A DNA stretch of 64,000 nt from an uncultured Desulfosarcina sp. (GTDB lineage: Bacteria > Desulfobacterota > Desulfobacteria > Desulfobacterales > Desulfosarcinaceae), in NCBI GenBank assembly GCA_963674945.2, contig CAXXWQ010000003.1, positions 2,400,001-2,464,000 of the forward strand, given 5' to 3'. This document shows positions 51,077-63,094 of the stretch, piece after piece. How positions within the stretch are numbered: the stretch's first letter is position 1; each line of letters begins with the position of its first letter. A model generated the notes under the pieces. That model worked only from the letters and a program-made list of their open reading frames with translations. It was not told the DNA's origin and made no database searches. The translations under genes were made by a program, and so were the position numbers.

Positions 51077-51973
51077 TCACCCGCCGATGGCTGAAACAAT
51101 TAATTCCTTCGCTTTTTTCAGTAGATTTTTTTTAAATTGTATTTTCAGGTACAGGTCTCCGGAAGGACCGCCATTTTTCCCTTCCATACCCATTTTGGAA
51201 AGACGAATTTGTTGTCCTTCCCGTGTCCCGGAAGGAATGGTTACCACAAGTTTTTTAGACCGTTTTCGATGGCGGTACGCATACGGCCCGCCGGCAGCGG
51301 CAAACTCGGGTGTAAGATGGATGGTGTCGTGAATATCCTCTCCTCTATGGGGAAGGCTGTGGCCGATCACTTTGTTAAACAGGTATTTTGCGAAATTTCC
51401 CATCCCGGCTTGCGGACCTTGTGAAATGGACTTCTCCCCAAAATTTTCAAAGATGCCGCCTCCCATTTTACGACGACCTTTCCCGCCACGGCCCAATTTA
51501 CTTCGCCCGGGTCCGCCATGCCCAAGTCCACCGCGCCCAAATCCACCACGATAGACAAACCCCTTCCCGTGGAGGCCATTGGACTTGAAGGCAAAATGTT
51601 TGTATCCTTTTCCATAAAAATCTCCGAAGATGGCGTCTACTCCCCTGAGTCCGAATGAGCGTGCCATCTCTTCGAAAATCTGATGCACATCCGATCCTTT
51701 GAAAATATCCTGCTCCGTATACGTGTCCCGGAACTGACCATATGCGTTTTCTCCGAATCGACTTCGCATTTCGTCGTAGTCTCTTCTTTTGTTTTCATCG
51801 GAAAGCACGGCATAGGCCTCGTTGACCTGTTTCATCATCTCGGCAGAGGATGGGTCCTTCTCGTTGCGGTCCGGATGATAACGGAAGGCCAATGCGCGAT
51901 ATGCCTCTTTGATCGTCTTTGCATCCGCCGTTCGATCCACACCCAGTACATGATAGTAATCCTGTTGTGTCAT
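51077..51973 (-). CDS. DnaJ-domain (CbpA-like) protein
   Basis: [26 protein letters not shown]. Confidence 0.92.
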   Translation of the reverse strand: MTQQDYYHVLGVDRTADAKTIKEAYRALAFRYHPDRNEKDPSSAEMMKQVNEAYAVLSDENKRRDYDEMRSRFGENAYGQFRDTYTEQDIFKGSDVHQIFEEMARSFGLRGVDAIFGDFYGKGYKHFAFKSNGLHGKGFVYRGGFGRGGLGHGGPGRSKLGRGGKGRRKMGGGIFENFGEKSISQGPQAGMGNFAKYLFNKVIGHSLPHRGEDIHDTIHLTPEFAAAGGPYAYRHRKRSKKLVVTIPSGTREGQQIRLSKMGMEGKNGGPSGDLYLKIQFKKNLLKKAKELIVSAIGG

Positions 51974-52226
51974 CTGGTTCCAATTTCCTTTGCATTCTTG
52001 ATTTTGCCACCCCAAAATGATTTGCTTTGTATAGCGAATATAGTCATTGTGCAGGGGTTTGGCGATCAAAAAAATCAGAAAGGTATCAACCCATCGCCCG
52101 GAATTTTCATTCGAAACGGGGCCTATCTTTCCCATCTCTTTCGTCAAGCCACCGTTTCAACTGCCGATAATAAACAACGGATCGCATTGATTTTGCAGGT
52201 GCTAACCTCATGGCAAGGATTGAAAA

Positions 52227-52880
52227 TTGAATGCAAACAGAATAACGCTAATTTGCAGCATCTTTCTCTTTTCGTTCACCCTGTGGGCAAAGTTGATTCT
52301 GCCCGGTACGCTTTCCGCCCATGATCGCTATTATCTGACGGCCATATTGACCATCTCGGGCCTTTTGATCGTTATCACATTGTTTCGAATGATTCGACCA
52401 ACCGGAATATCGGTCGGCAGAAAAGAAAGAAAAACATCCAGCGGACATGAGCAAAAACGTTCATTTTATCGCATTCGTTTCGAACCGGATGAACAACCCC
52501 TGTTTGTTCAACGGCACGATCCCGCCCATACGGCATCGGATGTCACCGTTCCCGTCAGTGACATCTCGGAAACAGGTATCGGACTCGTCTGCTCCGACGG
52601 TTACCGTTTAGGGGAAACGGTGATGGGTGAGGTAATGTTTCAAGATGGCGCTACGGCAGCCGTCAATGGAATCGTTATCCGCCAATCGGAGGGCCTGACC
52701 GTACTTCAACTTCACTGCACTATCGATCCCGCCCTCATAATGAAAGTCCAGCGCCATCAGATTGAGAAGAGAAAGAAAATCGGGCCGCGCCCCCCAGTGG
52801 ACCAAACCCTGCTGGATCAGAATGGCAACTCGCTTCCAAGCCATCGGCCCAAGGGTGTCTGCCGAATGAAACGGTCCTGA
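52227..52880 (+). CDS. Membrane-anchored PilZ domain protein
   Basis: Two TM helices, KRSFYR, DISETG. Confidence 0.82.
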   Translation: MNANRITLICSIFLFSFTLWAKLILPGTLSAHDRYYLTAILTISGLLIVITLFRMIRPTGISVGRKERKTSSGHEQKRSFYRIRFEPDEQPLFVQRHDPAHTASDVTVPVSDISETGIGLVCSDGYRLGETVMGEVMFQDGATAAVNGIVIRQSEGLTVLQLHCTIDPALIMKVQRHQIEKRKKIGPRPPVDQTLLDQNGNSLPSHRPKGVCRMKRS

Positions 52881-52985
52881 TACGAGTCAAGGATTTTGGT
52901 CTTTTTTGGTCATCCGCCTTGTATTGTCCGGCCGGATGGCTATTTTTGCATCTGTCTGGATGTTACCCCTATGAAGTGAGCACGT

Positions 52986-54824
52986 ATGCCTGAAACACAA
53001 GCAGTCGAAAAGATACGGAATATCGCCATCATCGCCCACGTCGATCACGGAAAGACCACCCTGGTGGATGCCATGTTTCGGCAAAGCGGTCTTTTTCGCC
53101 AAGGCCAACAGGTGGATGACAGGGTCATGGATCGCATGGACTTGGAACGCGAACGGGGAATCACCATCGCCGCGAAGAACTGTTCCGTTCAGCACCGCGG
53201 GATTAAGATCAATATCGTGGATACGCCGGGGCATGCCGACTTCGGTGGTGAAGTGGAGCGGGCGCTCTCCATGGTTGACGGTGCCATCTTGCTGGTAGAC
53301 GCCTCCGAAGGTCCCCTGCCCCAAACCCGTTTCGTTCTGCAAAAGGCCCTTCTGGCAAAATTGAAAATCATCGTGGTAATCAACAAGGTGGATCGCAAGG
53401 ATGCCCGTCCCGATGCCGTACTGGACCAGATATACGATCTGCTCATCGACCTCGATGCCGACGAGGACCAGTTGGAATTTCCCCTCTTGTATGCCATCGG
53501 CAGGGACGGGACGGCCGGTCTCGCTCCGAATCGATTGTCCGACGATCTTACGCTGCTCATGGACACCATCGTCGACGAAATCCCTGCCCCCCGATTCGCA
53601 AAGGATGCGCCGTTTCAAATGCTGGTTTCCGATCTGGGATACTCGGACTACCTGGGCCGCCTGGCGGTGGGAAGGGTGGTTGGCGGAAAGGTGGAATCCA
53701 GGAACCGACTCATTCGAATCGATGCCGACGGCGAACAACACCCCTTGAAGGTTACGCGTCTACAGATCTACGAAGGGATGGATATCCAACCTGTTTCTTC
53801 CGTGGAAGCCGGAGAGATTGTGGTTTTATCCGGTATCGACGAGGTAACCATCGGCGATACCATTTGTACCGATGCCGAACCAACGGCCCTGCCCCGCATA
53901 TCCGTGGACCCGCCGACGGTTGCCATGCGTTTTTCGATCAACGACGGCCCCATGGCCGGGAAAGAGGGCAAATATGTGCAATCGGCCCGGATTCGCGAGC
54001 GTCTTTACAAGGAGACACTACTCAACGTGGCCATTCAGGTGGAACCGGCCGGCGAGGCGGATGCCTCTATCGTGAAGGGTCGAGGCGAGTTCCAATTGGC
54101 CATTCTCATCGAGACCATGCGAAGGGAGGGGTATGAGTTTTGCGTGGGGCGGCCGGAGGTGATCCTCAAACAGGTGGACGGCATGCCCCACGAACCCATG
54201 GAGCGACTTTTTGTGGATTGCGACGAGACCTTCATGGGCGTTGTGACGGAAAAACTGTCGGTGCGAAAAGGGAAAATGATGAATATGGTCAACTCCGGCA
54301 GCGGACGGGTTCGGATCGAGTTTTCAATCCCCTCCCGCGCCCTGATCGGATATCGGGATGAATTTCTCACCGATACCCGGGGAACCGGCATCATGAATTC
54401 CTACTTTCAAGGTTATGAGCCGTATCGTGGCGATTTTCCCACCCGTTTCACCGGTTCCATCGTTTCGGACAGAAAAGGCCGCGCCGTCCCCTACGCCCTC
54501 TATAACCTTGAGCCGAGGGGCCGGTTGTTTATCCTGCCCGGCGATCCGGTATATGAGGGAATGATCATCGGTGAACACAATCGAGACAAAGACATCAACG
54601 TCAACCCCGCCAAGGAGAAAAAACTGACCAATATCCGAGCCGCGGGAAAAGACGACAGCGTCGTTCTGGCACCCATCCGGCCCATGACCCTGGAGCAGGC
54701 CATCAACTTCATCGGTGAGGACGAACAGGTGGAAGTGACGCCAAAATCAATCCGGCTGCGCAAGGAAACCTTGGGCGTAAAAGCACGCTATGTGCAGCGA
54801 GGCAAAAAGAAAATTTCCGGCTGA
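52986..54824 (+). CDS. typA: Translational GTPase TypA/BipA
   Basis: [42 protein letters not shown]. Confidence 0.98.
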   Translation: MPETQAVEKIRNIAIIAHVDHGKTTLVDAMFRQSGLFRQGQQVDDRVMDRMDLERERGITIAAKNCSVQHRGIKINIVDTPGHADFGGEVERALSMVDGAILLVDASEGPLPQTRFVLQKALLAKLKIIVVINKVDRKDARPDAVLDQIYDLLIDLDADEDQLEFPLLYAIGRDGTAGLAPNRLSDDLTLLMDTIVDEIPAPRFAKDAPFQMLVSDLGYSDYLGRLAVGRVVGGKVESRNRLIRIDADGEQHPLKVTRLQIYEGMDIQPVSSVEAGEIVVLSGIDEVTIGDTICTDAEPTALPRISVDPPTVAMRFSINDGPMAGKEGKYVQSARIRERLYKETLLNVAIQVEPAGEADASIVKGRGEFQLAILIETMRREGYEFCVGRPEVILKQVDGMPHEPMERLFVDCDETFMGVVTEKLSVRKGKMMNMVNSGSGRVRIEFSIPSRALIGYRDEFLTDTRGTGIMNSYFQGYEPYRGDFPTRFTGSIVSDRKGRAVPYALYNLEPRGRLFILPGDPVYEGMIIGEHNRDKDINVNPAKEKKLTNIRAAGKDDSVVLAPIRPMTLEQAINFIGEDEQVEVTPKSIRLRKETLGVKARYVQRGKKKISG

Positions 54825-54927
54825 CGGTAATTTTCGAAAAATTTTGCGTCAACACAATCGAATCGTTTTTTTGACTTTTCACATCCTCATTATTATGGTA
54901 GCGCAAGAGAAATCAAGGAGAAGCACC

Positions 54928-55137
54928 ATGCCCATATTCGAGTATCAATGTAAGGCTTGTTGTCATCAGTTCGAGCGACTCGTTTTTGCCTCTGATGACG
55001 AGCCGACGACCTGTCCGTCCTGCAATTGTGCCGATATTCAAAAATTGATGTCTGCCGGTGCGGTCCGGCCCAATGGTATCCCAACCGGATCCGGAGGCTT
55101 CCAGCCACCTGCCTGCAGTCCGACGGGCGGGGGCTGA
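54928..55137 (+). CDS. FmdB-family zinc ribbon protein
   Basis: MPIFEYQCKAC...CPSC...KLMS. Confidence 0.9.
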   Translation: MPIFEYQCKACCHQFERLVFASDDEPTTCPSCNCADIQKLMSAGAVRPNGIPTGSGGFQPPACSPTGGG

Positions 55138-55216
55138 TCGATCTGATTTCTCGTTTCTAGGTTGGAAACGGATACAAGATCGAAGCCTTGTCGGGACCTT
55201 GGAATCCGATCAGGCG

Positions 55217-55987
55217 TCAAGTCGTACCATCGCCGTTGATATCCGGGATGGCGATTCCCATGGTGAAAAGCTCCGATTCGATCCGTGCCTGCCAACCTCG
55301 GTTGGCCGCCGGGTTGGCGGGAGAGGGGTGGGTGATCCTGCCTGTCTTGATTCCCATCTTTCCTGCTGCTGCGCCGACACGTTGTTCGGCGAATCCTCCG
55401 ATCCCCACCACCCATGAAGGCCGTAATAACTCCAGGGTCTGCATAAGCGCCCGGTCGCAAACGGCAAACAGTTTTTTCCGCTCATAGGCCGAAAGTTTGT
55501 TCGGTGTTCGATTCCGACCACTTTTCTCCATGAAGACCAGCGGACAATAGTTCAGCACGAAGAACCGCCGGAAGAAGGCATCGGGTGCCCCGAAACGGGA
55601 CTCTGCCCATCCCCACAATCGGCTGCCGCTAACCTCTTTGCGCAGACAGGAAAATCCCGTGACGGGGCGCTTTGGATGAGGATTTGCCGGCTGTCCCACG
55701 GTTTCGCAGATGCCCAGCCATTCTTTTACTTTGGCAACGTCCCCGAACGGTACGCCGGTCTGGGCCATGCCATAGGGACCGGGGTTCATGCCCACCAGCA
55801 ATACCGGCTTTGTCGTATTGCCATAGAGATGAACGTACCGGTCATATCCCTTTCTGGCATAGATCAACGGATTATAGACATGTGTAACGGGATTGGAGAA
55901 GGTAAGCCGTTCCACCGTTGTTACGAGTTCATCGGTCAGTTTCCGTATAGCGGAACCAAGATCATTTGTTGGACGCAAAACATTCAT
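55217..55987 (-). CDS. SMUG1-type uracil-DNA glycosylase
   Basis: GMNPGPYGMAQTGVPFG, EVSG.RLW, HPSPANP. Confidence 0.93.
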   Translation of the reverse strand: MNVLRPTNDLGSAIRKLTDELVTTVERLTFSNPVTHVYNPLIYARKGYDRYVHLYGNTTKPVLLVGMNPGPYGMAQTGVPFGDVAKVKEWLGICETVGQPANPHPKRPVTGFSCLRKEVSGSRLWGWAESRFGAPDAFFRRFFVLNYCPLVFMEKSGRNRTPNKLSAYERKKLFAVCDRALMQTLELLRPSWVVGIGGFAEQRVGAAAGKMGIKTGRITHPSPANPAANRGWQARIESELFTMGIAIPDINGDGTT

Positions 55988-56330
55988 AAAAAGTACGCGT
56001 GACCGAAAATCGTTTGGGACATGGCGACGATTTTCTCGACTCGGTTGCTGATGATTTATCGCTGCGGTTATGGGCACTGTCGGCAATGCCGATCGGAGCC
56101 TACCGCAAATCGTATCGAAAAACAACACGTTGGGATTCGAAACAGGGACTACACCATCACACTGAAAACACCTAAGAACAAATAGGTATTTTCAATACAT
56201 ATCGGATCAGGTCACTCGTGGAAAAATTATGTAACATGCACAATATTATTGACTTTTCTATCAGATGATGATCATCTATAAATATACTTACAAACAATTA
56301 AAAAATCTATAGAATAGACAGGACCTTTTT

Positions 56331-57449
56331 ATGGCAAGACCCAAAAAAAGAGCGCCCCAGTCCCCTATCGCTGCGACCAAAACCCTAAACGCGAAAAGAC
56401 TCGAATCCGAAAACAGAAAACTTCGGAAAAACAACGAATCGTTAACCGATAAAAATGCCGAACTGGAGATCATCAGCCAATCCTTTATCGCCATCAATTC
56501 CAGTCTGGATCTGGACAATGTGCTGTCCAAAATACTGGAGTCCATACGAAAACTGTTTGGCGTCGTCGGAAGTTCCATATGGCTCAAGGATCCGGAATCG
56601 GGAGAGGTCGTATGTCGACAAGCCGCCGGACTGCAAAAAAATATCGTCAAAGGCTGGCACCTGGCCCCGAAAGAGGGGATCGCCGGGTGGGTAAGCTCAT
56701 ATGGCGAGAGTGTCGTTATACCGGACACCCGGGAAGACTTGCGCCATTTTCGCAAAGTGGCTGACAAGATGAATGTGGAACTCAGATCCATCATTAGCGT
56801 TCCCATGCGGGTGAAGGGCGTGATTATTGGTGCCCTGCAACTGGTGGATAAGAAGGTCGGCCGTTTTGACGAATCCCACGGGGCATTGTTAGAGACACTT
56901 GCCGAAGCTTCGGCCATCGCCATCGAAAATGCCCAACTCTATGAGCAGGCCAACCGTGAGATCGCCGAACGAAAGAAGGCCCAAAAAAAACTCAAGAAAC
57001 ATCAAATGGAGTTGAAGGAGAAAAGCGTCGCCCTCGAAGAAGTCAATACCGCGTTGAATGTGCTCTTGGAGAACCGGAAGGAAGATCAAAACAAAATGGA
57101 AGAGGTCATCGTGTCAAATGTCAAGGACATGGTTTTGCCTTTCGTGAATAAACTCCTTGAAAGTCCTTTGGATGAGAAGCAGGCTACATACGTGGAAATT
57201 ATTCACGCAAACCTCTCCAATATCGTGGCTCCCTTCCTTCGTCAGATCCCAACCCAATATTTCGATCTGACTCCGACCGAAATTCAGATCGCCGACCTGG
57301 TCCGTAAAAACAAATCCACGAAAGAAATTGCCCAGATCCTGAACGCTTCATCGAAGACCATCGAGGCCCACCGGAATCGTCTCCGGAAAAAATTGGGGCT
57401 GACCAACCGGCGAGTTCAGCTTCGTGACTACCTGATGACCTTGGTTTGA
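56331..57449 (+). CDS. GAF + LuxR-HTH regulator
   Basis: GIAGWV, SIISVP, LTPTEIQIA..HRNRLRKKLG. Confidence 0.9.
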   Translation: MARPKKRAPQSPIAATKTLNAKRLESENRKLRKNNESLTDKNAELEIISQSFIAINSSLDLDNVLSKILESIRKLFGVVGSSIWLKDPESGEVVCRQAAGLQKNIVKGWHLAPKEGIAGWVSSYGESVVIPDTREDLRHFRKVADKMNVELRSIISVPMRVKGVIIGALQLVDKKVGRFDESHGALLETLAEASAIAIENAQLYEQANREIAERKKAQKKLKKHQMELKEKSVALEEVNTALNVLLENRKEDQNKMEEVIVSNVKDMVLPFVNKLLESPLDEKQATYVEIIHANLSNIVAPFLRQIPTQYFDLTPTEIQIADLVRKNKSTKEIAQILNASSKTIEAHRNRLRKKLGLTNRRVQLRDYLMTLV

Positions 57450-57453
57450 TCTG

Positions 57454-57834
57454 TCATGGGGCTTTTGGTCCGATCAGCGCACGGATTTTATCAATCAATT
57501 GGACGTTGGAGAAAGGTTTCGTGATATAGGCATCTGCTCCCATGGCGAGGCCTTTTGCCATATCCGTTTCCTGGTTTTTTGCAGTGAGAAATACGATTCG
57601 AATGGATCGCCAATGCTCTTTTTGTCGAATCATGTGATAAATCTCGTAACCGTCCAGATCGGGTAGCATAATGTCCAGCAGCACCAAATTCGGTTGAAAT
57701 TCCTCGATTTTCTCGATTGCCTCCTTGCCGCTTTGGGCCAATTTCGTATCGTATCCCTCCTTTTCCAACAGGTACTGAAGCGGAACCAGGATACTCAACT
57801 CGTCATCCACGATCAAAATTCTTTTCCGATGCAT
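57454..57834 (-). CDS. Single-domain response regulator
   Basis: ILIVDD, LDIMLP, LTA, KPF. Confidence 0.93.
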   Translation of the reverse strand: MHRKRILIVDDELSILVPLQYLLEKEGYDTKLAQSGKEAIEKIEEFQPNLVLLDIMLPDLDGYEIYHMIRQKEHWRSIRIVFLTAKNQETDMAKGLAMGADAYITKPFSNVQLIDKIRALIGPKAP

Positions 57835-58027
57835 TCCTTTGCCCCCGACCTTGCCAGCGACGTCGCAATACAAAATGCGTATTGGCGTTGCTTCTTGGGT
57901 TCCGAACAGCGACTTCTAAGGAACTCGTTTATTATTCCAATGAAAAAGGATTTTTTGCGAGATCATCAACGCTTACTTCATTCCATATACCGGTAGTATA
58001 GTGGAATTATCAAAACACCACAATCCG

Positions 58028-59068
58028 TTATGATTCGAAAAACACGGAAGGCCAATGTTTCGGCCGTTCCATCGCATACGAAACGGCATCGTTGTAGATC
58101 GCCAGGGTATTCGCTTTGCGGATTTTCTTTAATATGCGCCGTCGATCCGTCATCTGCAGGGCAAAATAGCCCCAAAACCCCTTCATCCGATCCAGCACGT
58201 GGGTGGGACCCGAAAACCGCCGCAGATAGCCATCCACCAGGTCCCGGTGAAATCGATAAAAGCGATTCCTGCCATCATGGGATTTTGGACGACCATCTTT
58301 GATCCACTCGGGTAAAAATACGTTTGCCAGAACTCCTCTTCCGATCATCCAACCCGAGGTATCGGGAAATCTTTTGGAAAGGGTGTCATAAATATCGATG
58401 CCGTTGATATCCCCGTTGTATACAACCGGATGACGAATCTCTTTAAGGCACAATTCGAAGGAGGAAAGATCGACTTGCCCCGTATACATCTGCACGCCGG
58501 TCCGGGGATGAACGATCACCCGTTGGAGGGGGTAACGATTGAAAATGGGAATGAGTTGTTTTATCTCGTCGGCAGAAAACCGACCCAGCCGCGTTTTTAT
58601 AGACAGACGACCACTTATTTTTTTTTGAATGTTCTCGAGCATTTGATCGATGATGTCGGGGTACGGCAGCAGACCAGCGCCTCTCATTTTATTGGCTACC
58701 ATTGGAAACGGACATCCCAGGTTCCAATTGATTTCACAAAATCCCATTTGGAATAATGTATCGGCAAGACGGATGAAATCATCCGGGTTGTTGCTCAAGA
58801 TCTGTGGAACCACCGGCACTCCTGAATCGTTGTTGCATGGCTCCAGATCAAAAAGATGTGATGGGTTCATCCGCCGGCCTCTGCCTGTCGGGACAAAAGG
58901 GGCGACGGCCTCATCAATGCCGCCGAAATGGCGATGGTACACGTTCCGGAAGGTTACATCGGTAAAGCCGTGCAAGGGGGCGAGAATGAGGCGTTCTTTT
59001 ACAATTTCGGTTCGAGGTGTGACGGCTTCAAACTCCGAGAACCCCTTGTCATCGCGCTTGTCATGCAT
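58028..59068 (-). CDS. tRNA-dihydrouridine synthase family
   Basis: LAPL.G.TD, NLGCP, IKTRLG, HPRT, YNGD, MIGRG; start uncertain. Confidence 0.9.
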   Translation of the reverse strand: MHDKRDDKGFSEFEAVTPRTEIVKERLILAPLHGFTDVTFRNVYHRHFGGIDEAVAPFVPTGRGRRMNPSHLFDLEPCNNDSGVPVVPQILSNNPDDFIRLADTLFQMGFCEINWNLGCPFPMVANKMRGAGLLPYPDIIDQMLENIQKKISGRLSIKTRLGRFSADEIKQLIPIFNRYPLQRVIVHPRTGVQMYTGQVDLSSFELCLKEIRHPVVYNGDINGIDIYDTLSKRFPDTSGWMIGRGVLANVFLPEWIKDGRPKSHDGRNRFYRFHRDLVDGYLRRFSGPTHVLDRMKGFWGYFALQMTDRRRILKKIRKANTLAIYNDAVSYAMERPKHWPSVFFES

Positions 59069-59238
59069 TTTGATTTTTTTTAGATTTCATGAATTGTTGA
59101 CGATCCCTTTCTTTTTCCTTGAAACCGGAAGCGCACTTACCATAAAACTGCTGTGATAACGAGTCATATTGTTTTTTTGTGAATGATGCGAACGAATATT
59201 GCAACCTTACTGCGGCTTCAAAACGGATCAGAAGAAAA

Positions 59239-62200
59239 ATGAAAATGAAGATCTCCATTCGCTGGGCACTCATCGCAGGATTTTTAGGATTGATCTGGGG
59301 AACACACATTGTCACGACCACCTCTTCCTACCTCACCTCCCAGGAAGTGCTGCGTCGACACGCGACGGATATCATGAAGAACATCGCCGAACTGGCGATG
59401 GAACAATCCCAGCGGCATTTGCTTCATGCCCATGGTGCAGCGGCATTGACCAGACGCTTGTTGGCATCCAAGGTCGTCAGCAGCAAATCCGACCAGACCA
59501 ATGCCCTGGAGCGCTATTTACACGAGCAACTCTTAATCAACCCGCATTTTGCCGGAATCTATTTGGGGATGCCCAATGGCGACTTTTACGATGTACGCCG
59601 TTTCGATGCCAAAATAAAAGACGGCTTTCGCACCAAGGTAATTTTGCATTCCGAATCAGGCAGGAATGTAAACTTGATTTATCGTGATTCGAATTTCACC
59701 TTCTTGTCCGGAGAGAGCGATGACCAAGATACCTATGATCCCCGCGTCCGGCCCTGGTATCGAAAGGCCATCGACAAAAAACAAATCGTTTGGACCGAGC
59801 CCTACATCTTTTTCACCTCTCAAAAACCGGGGATCACCATTGCGGGCCCATTCTTCGATTCCAATGGAAAACTTCAGGGCGTCGTCGGGGTCGACATCGA
59901 AATCGATCAACTGTCGGTATTTATCGGGAATCTGAAAATTGGCAAGAACGGGAAGGCATTTATGCTGAACCACAATGCCGATGTCGTCGCATTCGGCGAG
60001 ATGGAAAAGCTGAAGATCAGCGATGCAAAACAAAATAACGCCTTGCGTCTGGTAAAGATACAGGAACTGGATGACGCTTATAGCCGAAAGGCGTTTGAAG
60101 CGGCTGCCATCGAAACGGATGAGGAAGGGATGCTGCTTTTGGCAAAGCCCCGTTTCTCTCGTTTTACGCACCAGGGCCATGTATATCATGCCATGTTTAC
60201 CCCCTTTTCCACACACCAATGGCCCTGGATTATCGGTGTCTATCTTCCGGAAGATGACTACCTCGGTGCCATCAAGGCCAATCGATTTCACAACATCATC
60301 GTGACCTTCGCCATCTCCTTGTTCGCTGCCGTCATGGGATTTTTCCTGGCCCGAGGCATGGTTCGTCCCATCGAGATAATGGGAAAGACCGCAAAATCCA
60401 TGAAAAAGGGCAAAGCCCCACCACTACCCCTCGTTCATTCCCGTTACAAGGAAATTCAGGAGACGGCGAATGCATTTTCTGAAATGAAAATCGCCGTCGA
60501 AAAAAGCAATCGTAAGTATCAAGGAATCTTTCACAATATCCAGGACGTTTATTTCGAGACCTCCCCCAAAGGGATACTGATCGAAATCAGCCCTTCCGTG
60601 GAACGATACTCCCGGTATCGGCGAGAGGAACTGATCGGCAAAGAGGTAGGAGGATTCTATGTGGATCCAGAAGAAAGAGACCGTTTTTTCAGGGAATTAT
60701 TGGAAAAAGGACGCATCCATGACACCGAATTGTCGGTAAAGGAAAAAGACGGCACACCCATCTATTGCTCCCTGACCGCATCGGTTCTTCGCACACCCTC
60801 CGGCAAACCCTATCGCATCATCGGTTCCTTGCGAAACATCCACGACCGAAAGATCGCCGAACAAAAACTCTTAGAATACAAAAACCATCTGGAATCCCTC
60901 GTCGATGAACGAACCCGGGAACTGAAGAGCGCCAATGTGGACCTAATCAAACAGATGGAGCGCCGCCGCGTAACGGAAAAACGTCTTCGCATCAGTGAAG
61001 AAAAATACAGGACAATTTTGGACACCATCGAAGAGGCGTACTTCGAGATGAACCTTTCGGGAATGATTACATTCGTTAACGATGCGGCTTGTCGAATCAT
61101 GGGATACACTGCCGATGAATTGTCCGGCATGCACTTCAGGCATTTTTCCGCTCACCAGCCCACGCGGACCATCATCAAAACCTTTCGCAAGGTGGTAAAG
61201 ACCGGCAAGCCTTCCGGTGTCATCACCTACCCCGTCCTCACCAAGGACAAAAACACCAAAATGATGGAACTGCGTGTCGCACTGACAACGGACACCCAGG
61301 GAACGACAACCGGCTTTAGAGGATTGGCCCGGGATGTAACGGTTAAGATCATGGCGCGAAAGGAAAAGGAAAAACTCCAGGCCCAGCTTCACCATTCCCA
61401 GCGAATGGAGGCGGTGGGTACACTTGCAGGTGGGATTGCACACGATTTCAATAACTTGTTAATGGGAATTGCGGGGAATGTGTCGCTGATTGAATCGGGT
61501 ATCGAACCCAATCACCAATTGTCCGAAAGTATCCAAGCCATCGAGCAGTGTGTGGAAAGCGGCGCCTCCCTCACCCGCCAACTGCTGGGATACGCCCGGG
61601 GGGGGAAATATCAGGTAACGGCCATCGATCTCAACGAAACGGTCCGCCGGACCGCCGAAATGTTCGGTCGAACCCAACGACAGATTCGTATCGAGACCCG
61701 ATTTGAAAGCAAAATCTGGACGGTAAGGGCCGATCAGGGACAGATCGACCAGGTGTTGATGAATCTGTATGTAAACGCCTGGCAAGCCATGACCGACGAT
61801 AAAACGCTCTCTTTGACGACAGAGAATGTGGTTTTGGACAAGGACTACGTTACACCATTCGGTGTGAAGCCCGGGAAATATGTATGTATCAGGATTCAGG
61901 ACCGAGGCTGCGGAATTGAGCCAAGTAACATCAAGCGGATCTTCGAGCCATTTTTTACGACGAAAAAAATCGGAAGGGGAACCGGTCTGGGATTGGCATC
62001 CGCTTTCGGAATCGTGAAAAACCACGGGGGAATTATCGATGTAGAAAGCCTGGTTGGGAAAGGAACCACCTTTACCATCAATCTTCCCGCCGTCGAAGAC
62101 GTTTTGGAAAACCTGCAGCATCCACAGTTTGTCAAAACGGGTAAGACAACCGGCAGGTTATTGATCGTGGATGACGAGCCGTATATCTTGAAGGCCCTGT

Positions 62201-62529
62201 CAAATGGCCTCAAACGATTCGGATACGAGGTCGTCGCCGCCGACAATGGAAAAGATGCCATTTCGCTGTTCGAAAAACAAAAAGATCTGTTTGATGCCGT
62301 GATCCTGGATATCATCATGCCCGATATGGGGGGCGACCAGGTGCTGACCGCATTGAAGCGAATCAGTCCCACGATCAAGATCATCCTTTCCAGCGGTTAT
62401 AGTTTGGACGGATTGAATAAAAATAAAAAAGAATCGCGTGGTGACGGTTTTATTCAGAAACCGTATCAAATTGATCGACTGGCAACTCTTCTCAGCAAGC
62501 TGATCAATACGGGTGAAAAAGATGAATGA
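59239..62529 (+). CDS. Hybrid histidine kinase (Cache, HAMP, 2x PAS, HisKA, HATPase, REC)
   Basis: YDPRVRPWY, GGIAHDFNN, GTGLGL, LIVDD..DIIMP..KP. Confidence 0.95.
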   Translation: MKMKISIRWALIAGFLGLIWGTHIVTTTSSYLTSQEVLRRHATDIMKNIAELAMEQSQRHLLHAHGAAALTRRLLASKVVSSKSDQTNALERYLHEQLLINPHFAGIYLGMPNGDFYDVRRFDAKIKDGFRTKVILHSESGRNVNLIYRDSNFTFLSGESDDQDTYDPRVRPWYRKAIDKKQIVWTEPYIFFTSQKPGITIAGPFFDSNGKLQGVVGVDIEIDQLSVFIGNLKIGKNGKAFMLNHNADVVAFGEMEKLKISDAKQNNALRLVKIQELDDAYSRKAFEAAAIETDEEGMLLLAKPRFSRFTHQGHVYHAMFTPFSTHQWPWIIGVYLPEDDYLGAIKANRFHNIIVTFAISLFAAVMGFFLARGMVRPIEIMGKTAKSMKKGKAPPLPLVHSRYKEIQETANAFSEMKIAVEKSNRKYQGIFHNIQDVYFETSPKGILIEISPSVERYSRYRREELIGKEVGGFYVDPEERDRFFRELLEKGRIHDTELSVKEKDGTPIYCSLTASVLRTPSGKPYRIIGSLRNIHDRKIAEQKLLEYKNHLESLVDERTRELKSANVDLIKQMERRRVTEKRLRISEEKYRTILDTIEEAYFEMNLSGMITFVNDAACRIMGYTADELSGMHFRHFSAHQPTRTIIKTFRKVVKTGKPSGVITYPVLTKDKNTKMMELRVALTTDTQGTTTGFRGLARDVTVKIMARKEKEKLQAQLHHSQRMEAVGTLAGGIAHDFNNLLMGIAGNVSLIESGIEPNHQLSESIQAIEQCVESGASLTRQLLGYARGGKYQVTAIDLNETVRRTAEMFGRTQRQIRIETRFESKIWTVRADQGQIDQVLMNLYVNAWQAMTDDKTLSLTTENVVLDKDYVTPFGVKPGKYVCIRIQDRGCGIEPSNIKRIFEPFFTTKKIGRGTGLGLASAFGIVKNHGGIIDVESLVGKGTTFTINLPAVEDVLENLQHPQFVKTGKTTGRLLIVDDEPYILKALSNGLKRFGYEVVAADNGKDAISLFEKQKDLFDAVILDIIMPDMGGDQVLTALKRISPTIKIILSSGYSLDGLNKNKKESRGDGFIQKPYQIDRLATLLSKLINTGEKDE

Positions 62530-62551
62530 ATCGTCTCTTTGCCTTGGGTGT

Positions 62552-62950
62552 TTACCGGGGAACCATCTCCACCGTGAGGGGAACCACATGCATGGATCGA
62601 TTAATTTCCCGCGTTCTGCCAAGGGTCCATGCACCGCATTGTTTACCGTTTGACAATCGGGAATCGATCTTTCGTATGATGCTGGTGATATCGATGATCG
62701 GGTGACGCTTGAAAACCTCTGGCAGACCATGTGTCAGATTGCAGGCCAAACACTTTCCGGGACGTTGTTTCAGCCGGAATTCGAAATGAAGGCGGTCATC
62801 TGCCCCTCCGCCGTAGGCGAGAGCGATGTCATAGGCACCTTCCGATGCATCGCCAAACAAGGCTTCGAAGAACTGATCTGCGCGATCCGGGGGGAATATT
62901 TCATCGAGTACCTGCTGTGGGAAACATTTGTCTATTTCGGGTGCGCTCAT
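62552..62950 (-). CDS. Conserved hypothetical protein with CxxC motif
   Basis: FFEALFGD..EGAYDI, RPGKCLACNLT.GLP; operonic with the NUDIX gene. Confidence 0.8.
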   Translation of the reverse strand: MSAPEIDKCFPQQVLDEIFPPDRADQFFEALFGDASEGAYDIALAYGGGADDRLHFEFRLKQRPGKCLACNLTHGLPEVFKRHPIIDITSIIRKIDSRLSNGKQCGAWTLGRTREINRSMHVVPLTVEMVPR

Positions 62951-63094
62951 TACTGGATTTCCTCAATAGATAAAATTTTGTCTGTTCGACCGAAACATCG
63001 ATTGTACAATGCCGTTTCTTCATATAAAGCTTATCTTCTCTACATCACTGGTCCAACAAAATCAACCACCCATGCCATTGCCTTCCCTTCGTCT